DNA from: Eledone cirrhosa
Taxonomy: Eukaryota
Direction: 5' to 3'
Assembly (NCBI GenBank): GCA_964016885.1
Contig: OZ024742.1
Location: forward strand, 182,342,001 to 182,406,000
DNA: 64,000 bases
Shown: in pieces, positions 29,352 to 45,890 of the stretch
Layout of the letters: every line of letters begins with the position of its first letter
Position numbering within the stretch: the first letter of the stretch is position 1
Notes under the pieces: generated by a model
Databases searched by the model: none
Told to the model about the DNA's origin: nothing
Seen by the model: the letters and a program-made list of their open reading frames with translations, nothing else
Program-made: the position numbers and the translations under genes

Positions 29352-29588
29352 AACACACACACACACACGCGCGCAATCACACATATTTAATATACATACA
29401 TGTTCATACATCTCTACATGCATACGTGTAGGAGGTCGTTAGTTGTTGATAAATACAGTCGAGAGCCTGTAGGATAGAGAGCGAGATGCGTGCATGTGTG
29501 TGTGTATATATATATACGTGAGTACCTGACCAGGAAACACCACCAAGTATACATTGGAGCTAACTAATTAAATATATATACATACACA

Positions 29589-29626
<38 letters not shown>

Positions 29627-29666
29627 CATACATATACTTATATATATATATATATATACATATATT

Positions 29667-29718
<52 letters not shown>

Positions 29719-30181
29719 ATATATACTTATATATATGTATGTATGTATGTATACATATGTATATATCTTCTAAGCTGTGTATTTCATTCTGCTGTTGGAC
29801 AACGGAGGATTTTTGGGGCTTTTTTACCATTTCTCAGCTGAAATCTAACTACGGCATTATCAATTTTCTGATCGCGACGGAATACTTGTGATCGCGACTT
29901 TACTAAAAAATAATACCATCAGAGGACGCCTAAAAAATAATATATATACATATATATATATATAAGCATACAAACATATATATATATATATATAATATAT
30001 ACTCGCTGAGGTAAGTGCAAAAACAGTTTTAACATATATAAACACGAAACAAAGTAGAGAGAATGTGTGTATGCGTGTGTGTGCCAGAGAGGGAGAGAGA
30101 GAAAGAAGAAATAAAATAGAAAAGAGCGAACACAATATTGTACACAAAATATATGAGTATGTATGCTGTGTAGTGTGTTAG

Positions 30182-30228
<47 letters not shown>

Positions 30229-30636
30229 TATATATATATATACATGTATGTATGAATGTTCGTACTTATGCATGTCTATGCATGTATATATATATATATA
30301 TACATATATAACATAGATATACATACATAGATGTAAATACTGAACACACACACACATATACACATATATATATATATATATATATATATGCATGCGTGTG
30401 TGTATGTGTGTGTGTGTGTGTTTATATACATATGTGTATATATGCGTGCAACTTTACATATGCATAAACACAGATGTTGGTTGTATATTAATATGCGCAT
30501 GTATACATATATATGCATGCTATATATGATTTTTATATGCATAAACATAGCTGTTAGCACAGCGATGTACTAACAGCGATGTATGTATGTATGTATGTAT
30601 GCCGTTATATATACATAATATATATATATATATATA

Positions 30637-30737
30637 CAGAGTGTCCCAAATAAATGTATACACTCTTTGGTTACCTGTACAGGCAACATTTATTAGAATG
30701 CTGTTGAAGTGTGTATCCATTTGCTTGGGATACACTG
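30637..30737. mobile_element. About 100-bp Tc1-type MITE
   Basis: ta|cagagtgtcccaaataaatg ... catttgcttgggatacactg|ta imperfect TIRs. Confidence 0.75.
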
Positions 30738-30739
30738 TA

Positions 30740-30796
<57 letters not shown>

Positions 30797-30914
30797 TTGA
30801 TTATTCATTACATTTATTATTAGACAGATACATTATCCTTCGGCTATATATATATATATATATAGTGTTGATTATTCATTACATTTATTATTAGACAGAT
30901 ACATTACCCTTCAG

Positions 30915-30970
<56 letters not shown>

Positions 30971-31280
30971 GAAGGATAATGTATCTGTCTAATAATAAAT
31001 GTAATGAATAATTAACACTATATTCCATTCCATGTAATTCTATAATCCTATGTTCCTTTGCATAAATGTTCTCGTCAGATGTTTAAACTCCATGAAGTTG
31101 TTTTTAATTTCCTCTATTTTAATGTGGGATGATATATGACAGTTATATTCTAACACCCACCCACCAGTCCTAACTCCAGCTGTCCTACTGTAGTGGGACT
31201 GACTTGTTGGTTGTCATCTTCACAACGGCCTTATTTGAAACGTTGGGGCTATTACTACTCAATCAGCCTGGAGGCCTGGA

Positions 31281-31332
<52 letters not shown>

Positions 31333-31333
<1 letters not shown>

Positions 31334-31521
31334 GTTATTCCGGGTTGAATCGGAGGTAACCACAGTAAGTAAGGTACTCAATACATAGCAGAGTATAAAA
31401 GTTTTAATATAGATGAGATTCTACAGGACTAGAACTGTTTCATTCATTAGAATGATGATTTCTAATGATGATTTCTAATGAATGAAACAGTTCTAGTCCT
31501 GTAGAATCTCATCTATATTAA

Positions 31522-31525
<4 letters not shown>
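31333..31525 (-). mobile_element. Family B fold-back stub turning in hammerhead stem II
   Basis: Tail nearly identical to 20159-20233; palindrome centre contains duplicated tgatgatttctaa. Confidence 0.88.
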
Positions 31526-31566
<41 letters not shown>

Positions 31567-31660
31567 TGTGTCTAATGGTAGCTAAGATGCTTCCATAGGC
31601 GGTATGCCGGTTGAGCATCACTGATTTTTCGTGTTCCATTCTCTCTATATATATATATAC

Positions 31661-31707
<47 letters not shown>

Positions 31708-31718
31708 AATATATATAC

Positions 31719-31815
<97 letters not shown>

Positions 31816-31941
31816 CACATATGTACATATATAAATACCTATATATACATACATATATATATACATATCTTTATATATATATATATATACACACATATGT
31901 ACATATATAAATGCCTATATATACATACATATATATACATA

Positions 31942-32010
<69 letters not shown>

Positions 32011-32018
32011 ATATATGT

Positions 32019-32101
<83 letters not shown>

Positions 32102-33161
32102 CATACATACCTATATGCATACATTTCTATCTATTTATATGCGTGAGTCGGGTTCATGGTATGAAACGGTCTATACGTCTTTTAAATATAGATGGAAATA
32201 TGGTGTGTTAATTACTGCATACAAGCTTAATCATGTTTATTGCTACGTGTTTGTGAAAGATCGTGTAAGTGTGTTTGTGGTAGATGTGTCACTCTACCGA
32301 TATATATATATATTTACGTCTTTATGTGTGGCCTTTTCTATATGTTCCTATATGCTGTGTGTGTGTGTGCATTCATACACACACACACACACACACACAA
32401 ACAGACACACACACAAACACACACACAAACACACACACACACTCACACACACAAAGACACTCAAACACAAACACACACATACACACACATACACACAGAC
32501 ACACACACAAACAGACACACACACAAACACACACACACACTCACGCACACAAAGACACTCAAACACAAACACACACATACACACACACAAACACATACAC
32601 ACACACGCACACAAAGACACACAAACACAAACACACACATACACACACATACACACACATATATATATATGTGTGTGTGTATGTATGTATATATGTATAT
32701 ATATATATATACGTATGTATACTATATATAAGTATACTATATATAAATAATATATATATATATATACACTTTAGTGGATATTTTAAATACTATTGCACTT
32801 AAAACATTCGGACATGGGAACTGAATAAGGACTCCATACATGGGAGAAGAGAGGAAAATGTATGTTTTATAGAGGAAAGTCAAAGTGACTTCCAACTTTC
32901 AGATTATTGCTTCATATGGGTGGATATCTGAATAAGCTTATGTATGTATACGCTCATGTGTGTGTGTGTGTGTGTGTGTTTGTGAGTGTTGCTAGTTGTG
33001 CGAGTGTATATGTGTGCCTGTATGCATGTGTAAGTGGTCGTGCCCTACAAATGTGTGTACGTGCAATGTAACTACGCTAAAAATGTCCCGCATTATACGC
33101 TTTCAAAGCGACTATGGATAAAGTTGATAATACACATGTAAGGGTGTGAAGTGTACACACG

Positions 33162-33206
<45 letters not shown>

Positions 33207-33249
33207 CCTGATACACACAATCACGCACACAAATATATATGTATGTAGG

Positions 33250-33310
<61 letters not shown>

Positions 33311-33734
33311 ATGCATCTATGTGTTCATGAATGTATACATGATTTCATGTGTGTGTGTGTGTTCACACACAAACGCTTTATATATTATGCACAAGAAGCT
33401 GTGTGGGCATGTGTGCACTATTATTCTCACCTTATATATATTTTTATACATGTCTTTCTGTCACTCATTCTCCCCCTTTCCCCCTCCTCCTCCTCCTCCT
33501 CCCTCTCTCTCTCTCTCTCTCTCTCCATCTCTCTCTCTCATTATCTCTCTATCTATCTCTGCTATATTTTTCATACACAGTACCATCTGGTCGATATGAA
33601 AAAAAATAAAAATTGTAATTTGTGTATATAGCAGTTATTGCACTATATCACAACGACGCCTCCAACATTCTCACCATATAATGATATTATTATAAATAGA
33701 TTTTACTTTGGTAGGTTTATTATTGCTATAACCC

Positions 33735-33865
33735 ACTGAGGTTAGCTTTGCCTTTCATCATTACGAGGGTTGATAAAATAAAGCACCAGTAACATACTGG
33801 GGTTCGATTTCATCGAACTTTCTCCTCCCACCCGAATTGTTGGACTAGTGCCTAAAATAGAAACC
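33735..33865 (+). mobile_element. Diverged SINE-1-related 3' half
   Basis: gaggttagctttgcctttcatc...gataaaataaagcaccagt...gtgcctaaaatagaaac. Confidence 0.7.
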
Positions 33866-34071
33866 TTTGTCATTATGTGCATGTAATGTACCTCCCATCT
33901 CTCTTTTGTGGCAAATAAGAAATGAAGCATACATCATTAAGATTATATTTCAAAAATATATTTAATATTTATACACAGCGTATAATAGTTGCAGTGTATA
34001 CGAACACATATTGCATATGTGTTCGTATAGGCCTCTTTTCGCTTCCACGTTGTATTAGTGCTACTTCTGTT

Positions 34072-34110
<39 letters not shown>

Positions 34111-34787
34111 AGTATACATATATATGTGTGTGTGCGCGTATGTGTGTGTGTGTATCTGTGCTCTTACATTAATCATAATATATTTAATTAACGCCGCTCT
34201 AGTTTCGGTTATGTCTAAGCTGTTTATTAGTATATATTATAAATATATGTTTATACCCAGCTATATAAAATACATACATACACATCCGTGTATGTATGTA
34301 TAAAGCTACATAGCGATATATAAAGAAAAACATTTCGTGCTTTTTTTCTTTTCTCTCTCTCTCTTTTCGTTGTCATAATAATCAGCTAATGCAGGCAAGC
34401 ATTCTCACAAGCCGGTTCCTGGCCTGACTGCTTGCTTTAGATTAATAGTCTCACAAACGACTACTAACACTTGTGTGTACGTGTATATATGTATCTATAT
34501 CTATATATGTGTGTATGTGTGTGTGTGGTGCTTCTGCTGCTTGCCATCTCTTGCATCTGAGCAAGGCTGACAAAATTCCAATATGGCGTCTGCTACGCTA
34601 TTTCTGGTGGTAGTTTATAGTATCAGCAGCCGACAACCGGTTTTTGTCTAATAATACGGCTTTCCTAGTGTTTCGAAGCGTGCATATCACAGCTAACAAC
34701 ACCAACACACACACACACACACACACACATGTATGTATGTTTATGTTATTTATATATATATGTATATATATAAAAACAAATAACTTA

Positions 34788-34819
<32 letters not shown>

Positions 34820-34881
34820 CGGAATACATTGAGTTCTTCATACGGATTGGACACTACCGTAAACTCTTGGTAGATTTATCT

Positions 34882-34912
<31 letters not shown>

Positions 34913-34978
34913 CAAAGTAACACTTTCTGTTGGGAGCGATGTATATTTAACACGTGGCTGCAAATTTCTCTCAATATG

Positions 34979-35046
<68 letters not shown>

Positions 35047-35652
35047 CATATTGAGAGAAATTTGCAGCCATATATATATATATATAAATTAATAAATCCA
35101 ACATACTATTCATACATACATGCATGTATGCATAAATATATGCATACACTATATATACATACATACATACATACATAAATACATACATGCATACATACAT
35201 ACGCATTAACAGATACGAATTGAAAAATAATTTTCTCTATAAAATCCGCCGTTACTGCTATCTCTATTTAGTTTAATCAATCGTATTTCCACGGTTTTCT
35301 TATTAATGCATCGTTGTTATATCGCTATAGTAAAACGAACAGTGAAAAATATTTATCGTATTAGCATTTTTAGCCGATAATATGTGTTGTTTTGTTGAGA
35401 ATCTCGATATCAGTATTTGTTTTCAGTCCATTATCAGATAACGTCCCCCCCCTCCTTCTATCTCACTCTCTTTCACTCTTCCTCTCACCACTTTTCTCGC
35501 TATATATATATGTTCACTTCTCATTGCTCGTTGAATATGATTTTTTTTTTTATTATCCTATCTCTGTCAAACGCTGGCATATTGCCATGGTAACGAGGCT
35601 TAGAATGAAGTACATATGAAGAAGGGTACATTCTATAGAAAATACTCGTATG

Positions 35653-35706
<54 letters not shown>

Positions 35707-35762
35707 CATATATATATGCGTGTGTATAATATATATATATATATCTTATATACATATATGTA

Positions 35763-35843
<81 letters not shown>

Positions 35844-35956
35844 CTGTCTGTCTGTCTGTCTGTCTGTGTGTGTGTGTGTGTGTGTGTGTATGTATACATA
35901 CATATGTGTATACACATCTGAGTGCGTGTCTGACTGTGGGATAGAAAGACACACAT

Positions 35957-35999
<43 letters not shown>

Positions 36000-36408
36000 T
36001 TCTGATACAAAGAGAGATAGAACGAGGAAATGAGAAAATGAGCGAACAAATATTGCAACGTACTGGCGTGGTGCATAGATATTTATAAAATAGCTTCTTG
36101 TGAGATATGATACTATATTAGTTCAAACAGAATTTCTGTCAATTAAATATGTATATAACACACCTTATAATGTTGTCCCTTATCGCAAATATTATTATTC
36201 TCACAATTAAAACTGACAAATATATAGTGTTAACGTCTAAACACTCTGTCTTCTCTAAACATTTATTAATTAAATCTAAAACATATGGTTGCTTTTGTGG
36301 TTTGTTTATTTTCAAAACACATATCGTTTTCGTTTGCTACGAAGCCTGACCTCTATTCTATATACACAATCTTCACTCACTATTTTACTATAATGATAAC
36401 AACAACAA

Positions 36409-36415
36409 CAGTAGC

Positions 36416-36499
<84 letters not shown>

Positions 36500-36533
36500 T
36501 GTAAGAGTAGTAGTAGTAGTAGTAGTAGTAGTA

Positions 36534-36597
<64 letters not shown>

Positions 36598-36602
36598 TGT
36601 AA

Positions 36603-36648
<46 letters not shown>

Positions 36649-36654
36649 TGTAAG

Positions 36655-36687
<33 letters not shown>

Positions 36688-36765
36688 TGTAAGAGTAGTA
36701 GTAGTAGTAGTGGTTGTTGTTGTTGTCGTTGTTGTTGTTGTTGTAGCAGCAGCAGCATTAGTAGT
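36409..36765. repeat. (TAG)n microsatellite with higher-order unit (..tggttgtaagagtag, four times)
   Basis: Directly visible. Confidence 0.92.
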
Positions 36766-37019
36766 ATTGATATATTTATTATGATGATATGAGTGTACTC
36801 GTTATAGTGGCGTGTAACAAGAAAACCTTCTAGTTTGAATCTAACGTAAACTCAACCATCTTGTCCGCAATATGGTTGAACTTACTCGTAAATGTGTTCA
36901 GTATAAGTATACTATTTATTTATCAAGGATATAATTCACTTTTATCTGTCTATCATCATCATCTCCACCGCCACCACCACCAACATTATTATCATTATGA
37001 TTATTATTGAAATTATTAT

Positions 37020-37243
37020 TTTCATCTTTACGGGGTCGATAAAATAAAGCACCAGTAACGCACTGGGATCGATTTAATCGACTTTTTCCACCTCCCCAAA
37101 ATTGCTGGCCTTGTGCTTATAGTAGAAATCATTATTATTACTATTAGAGGTTAACTTTGCCTTTCATCCTTACGGAGTCGATAAAATAAAGTACCAGTAA
37201 TGCACTGGGTAATTGCTGGCCTTGTGCCAAAAGTAGAAATAAT
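37020..37243 (+). mobile_element. Two tandem 5'-truncated SINE-1 copies
   Basis: 3' consensus at 37020-37130 and 37147-37243. Confidence 0.8.
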
Positions 37244-37353
37244 TATTACTATTATATTATATACAATTTACAGTTAATCTACTATATAATACTTGCTGTA
37301 CTATTATTACTAAAATAATATTCTATACTATATTATTCCCATGTTCTTCTAAT

Positions 37354-37457
<104 letters not shown>

Positions 37458-39017
37458 ATTGTGATTATTATTAGTTGTTGGTGTTTATATGCCTATCAAT
37501 ATATAACAATAACAGATCAGATGGTATCCTGCTTTATAGCAAACATCTGGTTTATTTGAATCTGTCACTTCAGTAATTCCCTTTCCTCAATAATGATTCC
37601 TTTATTAGTCACACAGGGCTCACATTAAGGAAACATTAAAGATAATACAGGACGATACAGTGTGGGTTTTTCTTTCAATGATGCCCTTGATGTGTCTGTC
37701 AGTTAAGTGGTAGGACTCAATACTCTATAATAATGTGTCAGAGATGAGGGAGGGCTCCATATTGTGCTTTATGTGTCAGCCTGTAACGAGGACTTAATAT
37801 TGTGTTTAATGTGTCAATAACGAGGCAGTACTCAATTGTGTGTTTAATGTATCAGTAACGAGGGAAGTCTCGATGCTGTATTTAATGTGTTCACCCACAA
37901 CACTATCGTACTCTCGTCAAGTCTGCAATATGTTTGACATTAATCATAGCAGTATCATTCATGTTCACTTATTTATTTACCTAGAACATTCTCTTTCATC
38001 TGTCTATCCGTGGTGTCCTAAATATATTTTTTGTAAACCCTTTGAGGTTAATAATAAAATCACTACTAATATTGTCATAATTCTTACTAATATTATCATT
38101 ATACTTACTGTTGTTATTATTATTATTATCATTGTTAAGGCGGAGCATTTCATCAGGCCCCTTGCGTATTATGTATGATAGTAAAAAAAAACAAAAAAAA
38201 AAACAAAAAAAAAACAAAAACAAAAAAAATTAAGGCCTTTTGACTATGTAGGGTACCTGGTCTATGTCCTGTCATCAATCTGTCCGCCCTTAATCTGCTA
38301 CTCACGTTGTGTGTCTGTTTGAGTGGAGACACGTGGTCGATTATGGCAAGTAAATGTTTAACCAAAGATCAATAATGAATTTTTCAAATGGAGTGACGTG
38401 AATAGACACTGTATGACACGGCTGAACAGCATGTTGTATAGATGCTGTGTAACAACTAATTGCCCGTTCCACAACTTCTTAATCCCACAAAGAGGAGTAT
38501 TTTTAATATCTATTTTTGGTTTTAGTTTAATAAAATTAGTAGAAAAAAAGATGATTCAAACTTTCATATTCAGTTGTATATATTTACAAGAAGAGAGAGA
38601 AAGACAAAACAAAACGTGGGAGGCGGACAAAGAAAGGGAGAGAGGGAAATGGGGAAGGATCAAACTCTACACCTTTCACCGTACGATACATCTCAGCTGC
38701 ACCCTACAGACAAGAATGCAAAAGCATTGCCACAGAGAACAACCAGTAATACCCGCTGCATCAGCCATTATAAGTCCCGGACTTCCAGTCCCTTCCTCAT
38801 GCGTGATCATACCATCGACTCGAATTTGCGGAAGCAAATGGAAATTCAGGAATGAGGAGGACATCGCAGGTCTCAATAGCACCTGGCTTAAAAAGGGAAC
38901 AGTCAGCCAAAGTTCGTTCTTTGTAAGATTTGTGGCCCCTCAACAGTAGGAACCAGTCCTCAGTCACTGTTGTTAATCATTCATTACAATCATCATGCAT
39001 TCATCTACAATTCCTCA

Positions 39018-39091
<74 letters not shown>

Positions 39092-39094
<3 letters not shown>

Positions 39095-39239
39095 AAAGAA
39101 AGTATTGCAAGAAACCAGGTGGACCATAACGCACGAGAGTACTCGATACTTAGGGTAATAGAGTGGGTAATAGGAAAAGAGTCAAGATCGGATCTAGCTG
39201 TCGAAACGGCCGGAGCTCAGCCGTTGGGGTCTTGACTCT

Positions 39240-39243
<4 letters not shown>
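39092..39243 (-). mobile_element. Family A variant fold-back stub with tail
   Basis: Tail aaccaggtggaccataacgcac..gtactcgatacttagggt plus inverted arm aaaagagtcaaga / tcttgactctttt. Confidence 0.8.
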
Positions 39244-39337
<94 letters not shown>

Positions 39338-40174
39338 AAGCGTTTTTCCTCTTAGTCCCATCTTGCCAACCACAAAACTAAATATATATGTTCTTATAGT
39401 TAGCTTTCATCTTATGTATTAATATTTCTTCGCAAGTTAAACCGATATGGCAGTTGGCATAACAATGGATATAAATATTGAATAATTCCTGCTAACAAGG
39501 GTCCCTTAATATGTTAGGCATAGCAACCACTGAAATCTGTTCAATCAAATTACATCCTGCTTTTGATCCTGTATTCATGAGGTAGACTATATTTGATGGT
39601 AGCCTTTAGGTGATCGATCGATCTAATGGAAATACCAGCGAAATCTATTGTATTTTATAAAAGAATGGAAGGGCATATTTGGTTATGTAGTCGTAGATAC
39701 ATTATGTATGAATAAAAGACGTGAATGATACATTGGAACGATTTTATATTTCATCTGGATTAATGCTTGCCAAGGGTTAAACAACAACGCGAATAAATAT
39801 CAACAACTCTAATCTTCAGCATTTATGACAATTTTCTCTTCCCACTTTCAAAATGTTTTGATAAAACCGATATGACGTAATATATTAAACTGTAATCTGG
39901 CGTAAATTCTATAGTTAGCCTCTTTCTCGCCAGCTGGTCTATTTTTAGTTTACACCACACCACACACCTTTAACAACCAAAATCCACCTAAATTTAGGAT
40001 CTTATAGTGTATCAACACATCATTTTATCACACTCAACAGTAGCATTTTCCGTAACTGCAATATCTTCACTAAGCTGCTATCTCCGCGTGATATCTCTCC
40101 ATATAACGAGATCTCACATCACTGGCTTCGAGAAAAACTCCTTCAAATAATACTCGATCGTTATACACTTCCCG

Positions 40175-40231
<57 letters not shown>

Positions 40232-40714
40232 ACACACACACACACACATATATATATATAATATGATTTAAGTATCGTAAGAGAGGGTGAAGCAGAAATG
40301 TGCAATACAGAATGCTAAATGCCAATAGCCGAAGCGTAGTGCGCTCTATGCTTGGGTTAGCAGGATATATAATGTGCCTGAAATGTCAAAGGAAGGATGA
40401 TATTATCGTGGGTAAAACGTCTTTCGTCATAGATCTATTTGTCTGTTTGATTAAAGAGGACATGAAATTAAGCACCACCGCAGGCATCAGTAGATTCAGA
40501 TAATACATGGCATGACAGTATGTTTAAGGTGTTCGCTTCGTAACCACGTGGTCTTATATACAGTCCCACTGGGTGACGCCTTGTGCAGGTGTCTTCTACT
40601 ATAACATCGAGCTGACTTTTGCCTTGATATCTGGCAGACAGATATGAAGGCAAGACAGATATATTAGTAAGAATTATGACATATCTGGCAGACAGATATA
40701 TGTCCGCCCATATA

Positions 40715-40775
<61 letters not shown>

Positions 40776-40897
40776 ATACTTGGGGAGGGTCATATTTGCG
40801 TAATATTGCCAGAATTAATAACAGATATATGCATATTTATGTATATATATATATGCATATGTATGTATATATATATATATATATATATATGCATATG

Positions 40898-40979
<82 letters not shown>

Positions 40980-41487
40980 TCTATATCAGTGTATGTGCAT
41001 ACGTTTAACATTTTTGTTTACAAATAGAGATCGATAAAATAAGTACTGGTGCTAATATGATTGACTAAATTAAGGCGTTGTCCCAGCATTGCTGCAGTCT
41101 AATGACTGAGACCACATGAAAGAATAAATGAACGACACTCCTACACCATCCACACACACACATGCACGCATGAACAAGTATCTGTCGAAAAAAAAGCGTC
41201 ACAACGCAATAGAAAAGATGTATTAACTGTTACTTTAATTTGTTACTAGTTTCAGTCATTAGATTGCGGCCATGATGGGCACCGCCTCGATTTAGTCGAT
41301 CCTATCGACGCTGCTACTTATTGTTTTGTCTTTTGTCGAACCACTAAGTTACTGGACATACACACAGACAATAACGCAAGTATACACACACGGACATATA
41401 CCATACACAAGCAAAAATGAACACACACATACATATATATATATATGCATGTATATATACATATATATATATATATGTGTGTGTGTG

Positions 41488-41543
<56 letters not shown>

Positions 41544-41547
<4 letters not shown>

Positions 41548-41736
41548 AACAAGTAAGACCCCGACGGCTGAGCTCAAGCCGTTTCGACGGCTAATTCAGT
41601 ACAGAATTAGCCGTCGAAACGGCTTGTGCTCAGCCGTCGGGGTCTTACTTGTTCCTATTACCCACTCTACTACCCTAAGTATTGAGTACTTTGGTGCGTT
41701 ATGGTCCACCTGGTTCCTTACCACATTTCCTTCGTT
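41544..41736 (+). mobile_element. Family A fold-back stub with tail
   Basis: Palindrome 41544-41657, then tail ending ttccttcgtta. Confidence 0.9.
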
Positions 41737-41811
41737 ATTTATATATATATATACATATATTTATATATATATATACATTTATATATATATACATACATAT
41801 ATATGCATGTG

Positions 41812-41907
<96 letters not shown>

Positions 41908-42613
41908 CATATATATGTATGTATATATATGCTTTGCTCAACCCGAAAGCATAGTAAAAGGCACTTGTTAAGATGACACGCAGTTGGGTTGAGTTCAGAA
42001 CTACGTGGTAGCAAAGCGATCTCCTTAACCACACAGCTACACTTGTGCCATTTATATATTCTAATAAATTTTTCTCTCCACTATAGAAGGCCACATTAGG
42101 AAATCCATCGTTAAAATGTTTTAATGACGTCACATGTATGACGTCATCGTAACCGAATTATATAATGTGCTTGATGTTGCGAGGACTTGCACTTTAAATA
42201 TGAACATAAAACACTATGTTGTTTGTCTAAGTATATCTATATAGAGACGTATACAAGCATATACAATATGTTTATGAATAATAAACATGCTGTGAATGTA
42301 TAAAGCTATGTTTATTACACATAAATATATTGTATATGATTCCATGCATACCTCTATTCTGAAACACGCTGTGTTTGTGCTACTGCTAACTGCAATATAT
42401 GTATATTAATAACTCATATAAATATGTGTGTGTGTGTCTATACATATATGTTATTTTATGTTTTATGTACATTTTTAAAACGAATACTTACACACATAAA
42501 CACATACATGCATACATAGACCCATCTATCCATACATGCATATATGTGTATACATACATGTATATATGTGTAATTATATGTATATTTATAAGTGTACGTT
42601 TGTGTGTGTAGGC

Positions 42614-42682
<69 letters not shown>

Positions 42683-42710
42683 TGTGTGCGCGCGCGCGCG
42701 TGTGTGTGTG

Positions 42711-42778
<68 letters not shown>

Positions 42779-43860
42779 TGTGTGTGTGTGTGTGTGTTCG
42801 TGTCTAAAATTGAGGGAAAATAGTCAAAGCTCGTAGCATGGATTTGCTATTATAAGGTTGCGGGTTCAATTTCGAAAGCGGGCAGCACTTGTTCTTGAGC
42901 AAGATACTTCAGTTCGCGCCGATTTCCATGATACGGTTTCGATTCCTATCCTTAAAACACCTAAGAAACTTTTTATGAGATATAACGTCATAGGAAACCA
43001 ACTAAACTTATATAAATGTGATGTGAAAATTTCATTTTATTTTTTAAATTATTATTTTCATTGCGCTCTTTATAGAACAGTTAAATAGAAACGTTTGTGT
43101 GTGTATGTGTGTGAGTGTGTGAGTGTGTGTATGTGTGTGTGTGCGAGTGAGAGTATATGTGCCTGCGTGTCTGTACATGTTTGATATTTATATATGTCTA
43201 AATATGTTGTGTATGTGTGTGATGTCATAAGCAAGGTCCCCTAAAATAATCATAAAGACATCATCAGTAAATACAAGTGTTTTATGACCACCTTCCTTGC
43301 TAATCCAACTATTAGTCTTACGTGTCAATGACAAGCAAACCTATGATATGAGTTCCTTTTCGAAGCAATGTTTAACGGTCTCATACCATCTTAGGCGTCT
43401 TGCATGGCACGGAATTATACAGACACGTGTACACTTAACGTGGTTCTCAATGAGATTCAGTGTGACAGAGTATATAACAAGATCGGGTTTTGAAATTACA
43501 TGTACAACTCATTTTTTTACATCTGAGTGGGTAAGAATGCGAAATATATTGACTTGCTCAAGGGCACAGTGTGCTTTCGTGAATTGGACTCATGACATTT
43601 CGATCGTGAGTCCAAATCGTTAATACTTAGCCATGGACATAACTGTCATATATTGTTTATGACAGTTATTTATTGTATATAACAGTTCACATACAGAGGA
43701 GCAATTAGTGTTGCTACCATTATGATACGTTACAAAGCTCCAGTATGGTCACAGTCCAATGAATGAAATCTGTAATGGAACTAAAGAATAAAAGAAAACC
43801 TTAATTGCATTTGTGCGCGTGTACATACCTGTGTGGGTGAGTAGGTGTAGACGCATACGC

Positions 43861-43906
<46 letters not shown>

Positions 43907-44290
43907 CTGTGCGGGCGCATGTATGCGTGTGTCAAAACAAGCCTGCACTTGTCAACATGTGTTTCAAATAAGTTGTAGTGATTTTTATTCTAGTCATCAC
44001 TGGTCTATTTATGGTGGGAGAAGGAGTGAGTGGTAGAGAACTAGTGCAGTAACTGAGATGCTGGGTATCTCAGATGCTTGAACACAGACGGTCTTATGTA
44101 GGACAATACATGATATATATGTATTCTCGTATGCATAGATGTATGCATGCATACATACATACATACATACATACCTACATGCATACATATACATAAACAT
44201 ATATGAACAGATGTATATAGAGATAAATATTTTATGTGTATTTGTAAATGCGTATATGCATATGTATATATATTTATATGTATATATATC

Positions 44291-44374
<84 letters not shown>

Positions 44375-44422
44375 CGTGCGTGTATGTGTATGTGTGTGTG
44401 TGTGCGTGTGTGTACACGCGCA

Positions 44423-44459
<37 letters not shown>

Positions 44460-44949
44460 ATTGAATACTAAAATATATTCGGTTGCGTGTGTATATGCGT
44501 GTGTGTTTGAATGTGTTTTCCTCTGTGTACGTGATATGGGGTGGGTGTATGTTTGTCTATGTGTGTATATTCATAATGTACGTTCAATTTTCAACTGCTC
44601 GAAACCACAAAAAGGAAAATCTTTCGTTTGATCACCAAATATATCACCATGGAAATTAATTAAAGATTCTAATCCTTTCTCATTTCCTTCTGAGAATTAT
44701 TTAATTCTCCAAGATATTTCATATAACTTCTTAATTAAGTATTTTCTGGTTTCAGTTTTGATATCCAACTAATTAGAAATCATTTGTACCACATTTGATG
44801 TGATGCATTTAAATGTCTTTCGTGAATATAAATTTAAATAATTGAAAAGAAGCGGATTCATGAGGTTGATTGTTAGTTGCTTTATTTATATTTAATTGGG
44901 ACTAAACTTTAAGATAATTAATTCCATATTACACAGAAAAAAATATATA

Positions 44950-45570
44950 CCGTATTTCACGGCTTATAAAATGCTCTGATACCTTAGACGCACTCCAATT
45001 TAGGAGGTAAAAATCGGAAAAAAGAATGCTTAATACTATGTAATATTTAAATGATGGAACGGCGGTGGATTGGCAGTATCGGTAGAGGGTCGGACGCCAT
45101 GCTTTCCAGCAAAGAGTTACGGCCCTTTATGGTCTGAGTTCAAATCCCGCCGAGGTTGACTTTGCCTTTCATCCTTACGGGGTCGATAAAATAAAGTACC
45201 AGTAATGAACTGGTTAATTGCTGGCCTTGTGCCTAAAGTAGAAACAAATATTTAAATGATGGAAACCTAACATTGTTTCTGTTTCAAATCCTCACTAAAC
45301 GCGACGAATTCATCGCAAATCAAGACGGAGCACTAAATTAAAATAAATGATATTTAATTTTGGATATAGAGATTAGGTTAGGTTTGATTTATGGATAGGT
45401 TAAAACATACGAAAGACCTAGTGCTTACCTGCTGAACACTATATTGTTACTTAAAATCCTCATTTTAAACTTATAACACTCCTCATAGACCTTCGGGTTA
45501 TAGGACGCAGAGTACTTGCGAGAGATATTTTATTGGGGAAATGTCACGTCTAATATGTCGCTAAATACGG
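44950..45570. mobile_element. Old pogo/Tc2-like MITE interrupted by a SINE
   Basis: ta|ccgtattt ... aaatacgg|ta termini; internal gacgcac motifs similar to 53411-53577. Confidence 0.6.
45061..45246 (+). mobile_element. Full-length SINE-1 with 18-bp TSD
   Basis: aatatttaaatgatggaa at 45042-45059 and 45247-45264. Confidence 0.93.
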
Positions 45571-45890
45571 TAATTGGTGGCTTATTATGTATGTTTATTC
45601 CCCCCAGGAGAGTGATTAAAGCAGTAGTCTCCAAACTATGAACCCCAAATATTAACACGATACGTATAAAAAATTCATAAACTTCATATTTCACGGTACA
45701 AACCACAAATACCCTTGAAAGGATTATAAAGAAACCTTAAACTTGGTATTTCATGATAGAAAAACCTAATGCTTTTAATGGACTCATACAGAATCATTAA
45801 CGTGATAATGCTTTCTTTATTGTGATAATAAAAAGAACGTATACGTGTGCATATTTTAGATACAAAATTATATCATTATATGAAAGAATA

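Noticed and set aside
29521-29570. VYIGA peptide in a 50-bp TA-flanked island (possible GIY-YIG scrap)
   Set aside because: Too short to distinguish from chance.
34392-34440. Possible pre-miRNA hairpin (gcaagca...tgcttgc)
   Set aside because: Only about 7 bp of clear pairing; no extended stem.
38398-38949. 183-aa ORF in non-repetitive sequence
   Set aside because: No recognisable domain, GTG start, no clear splice structure; possibly an old repeat.
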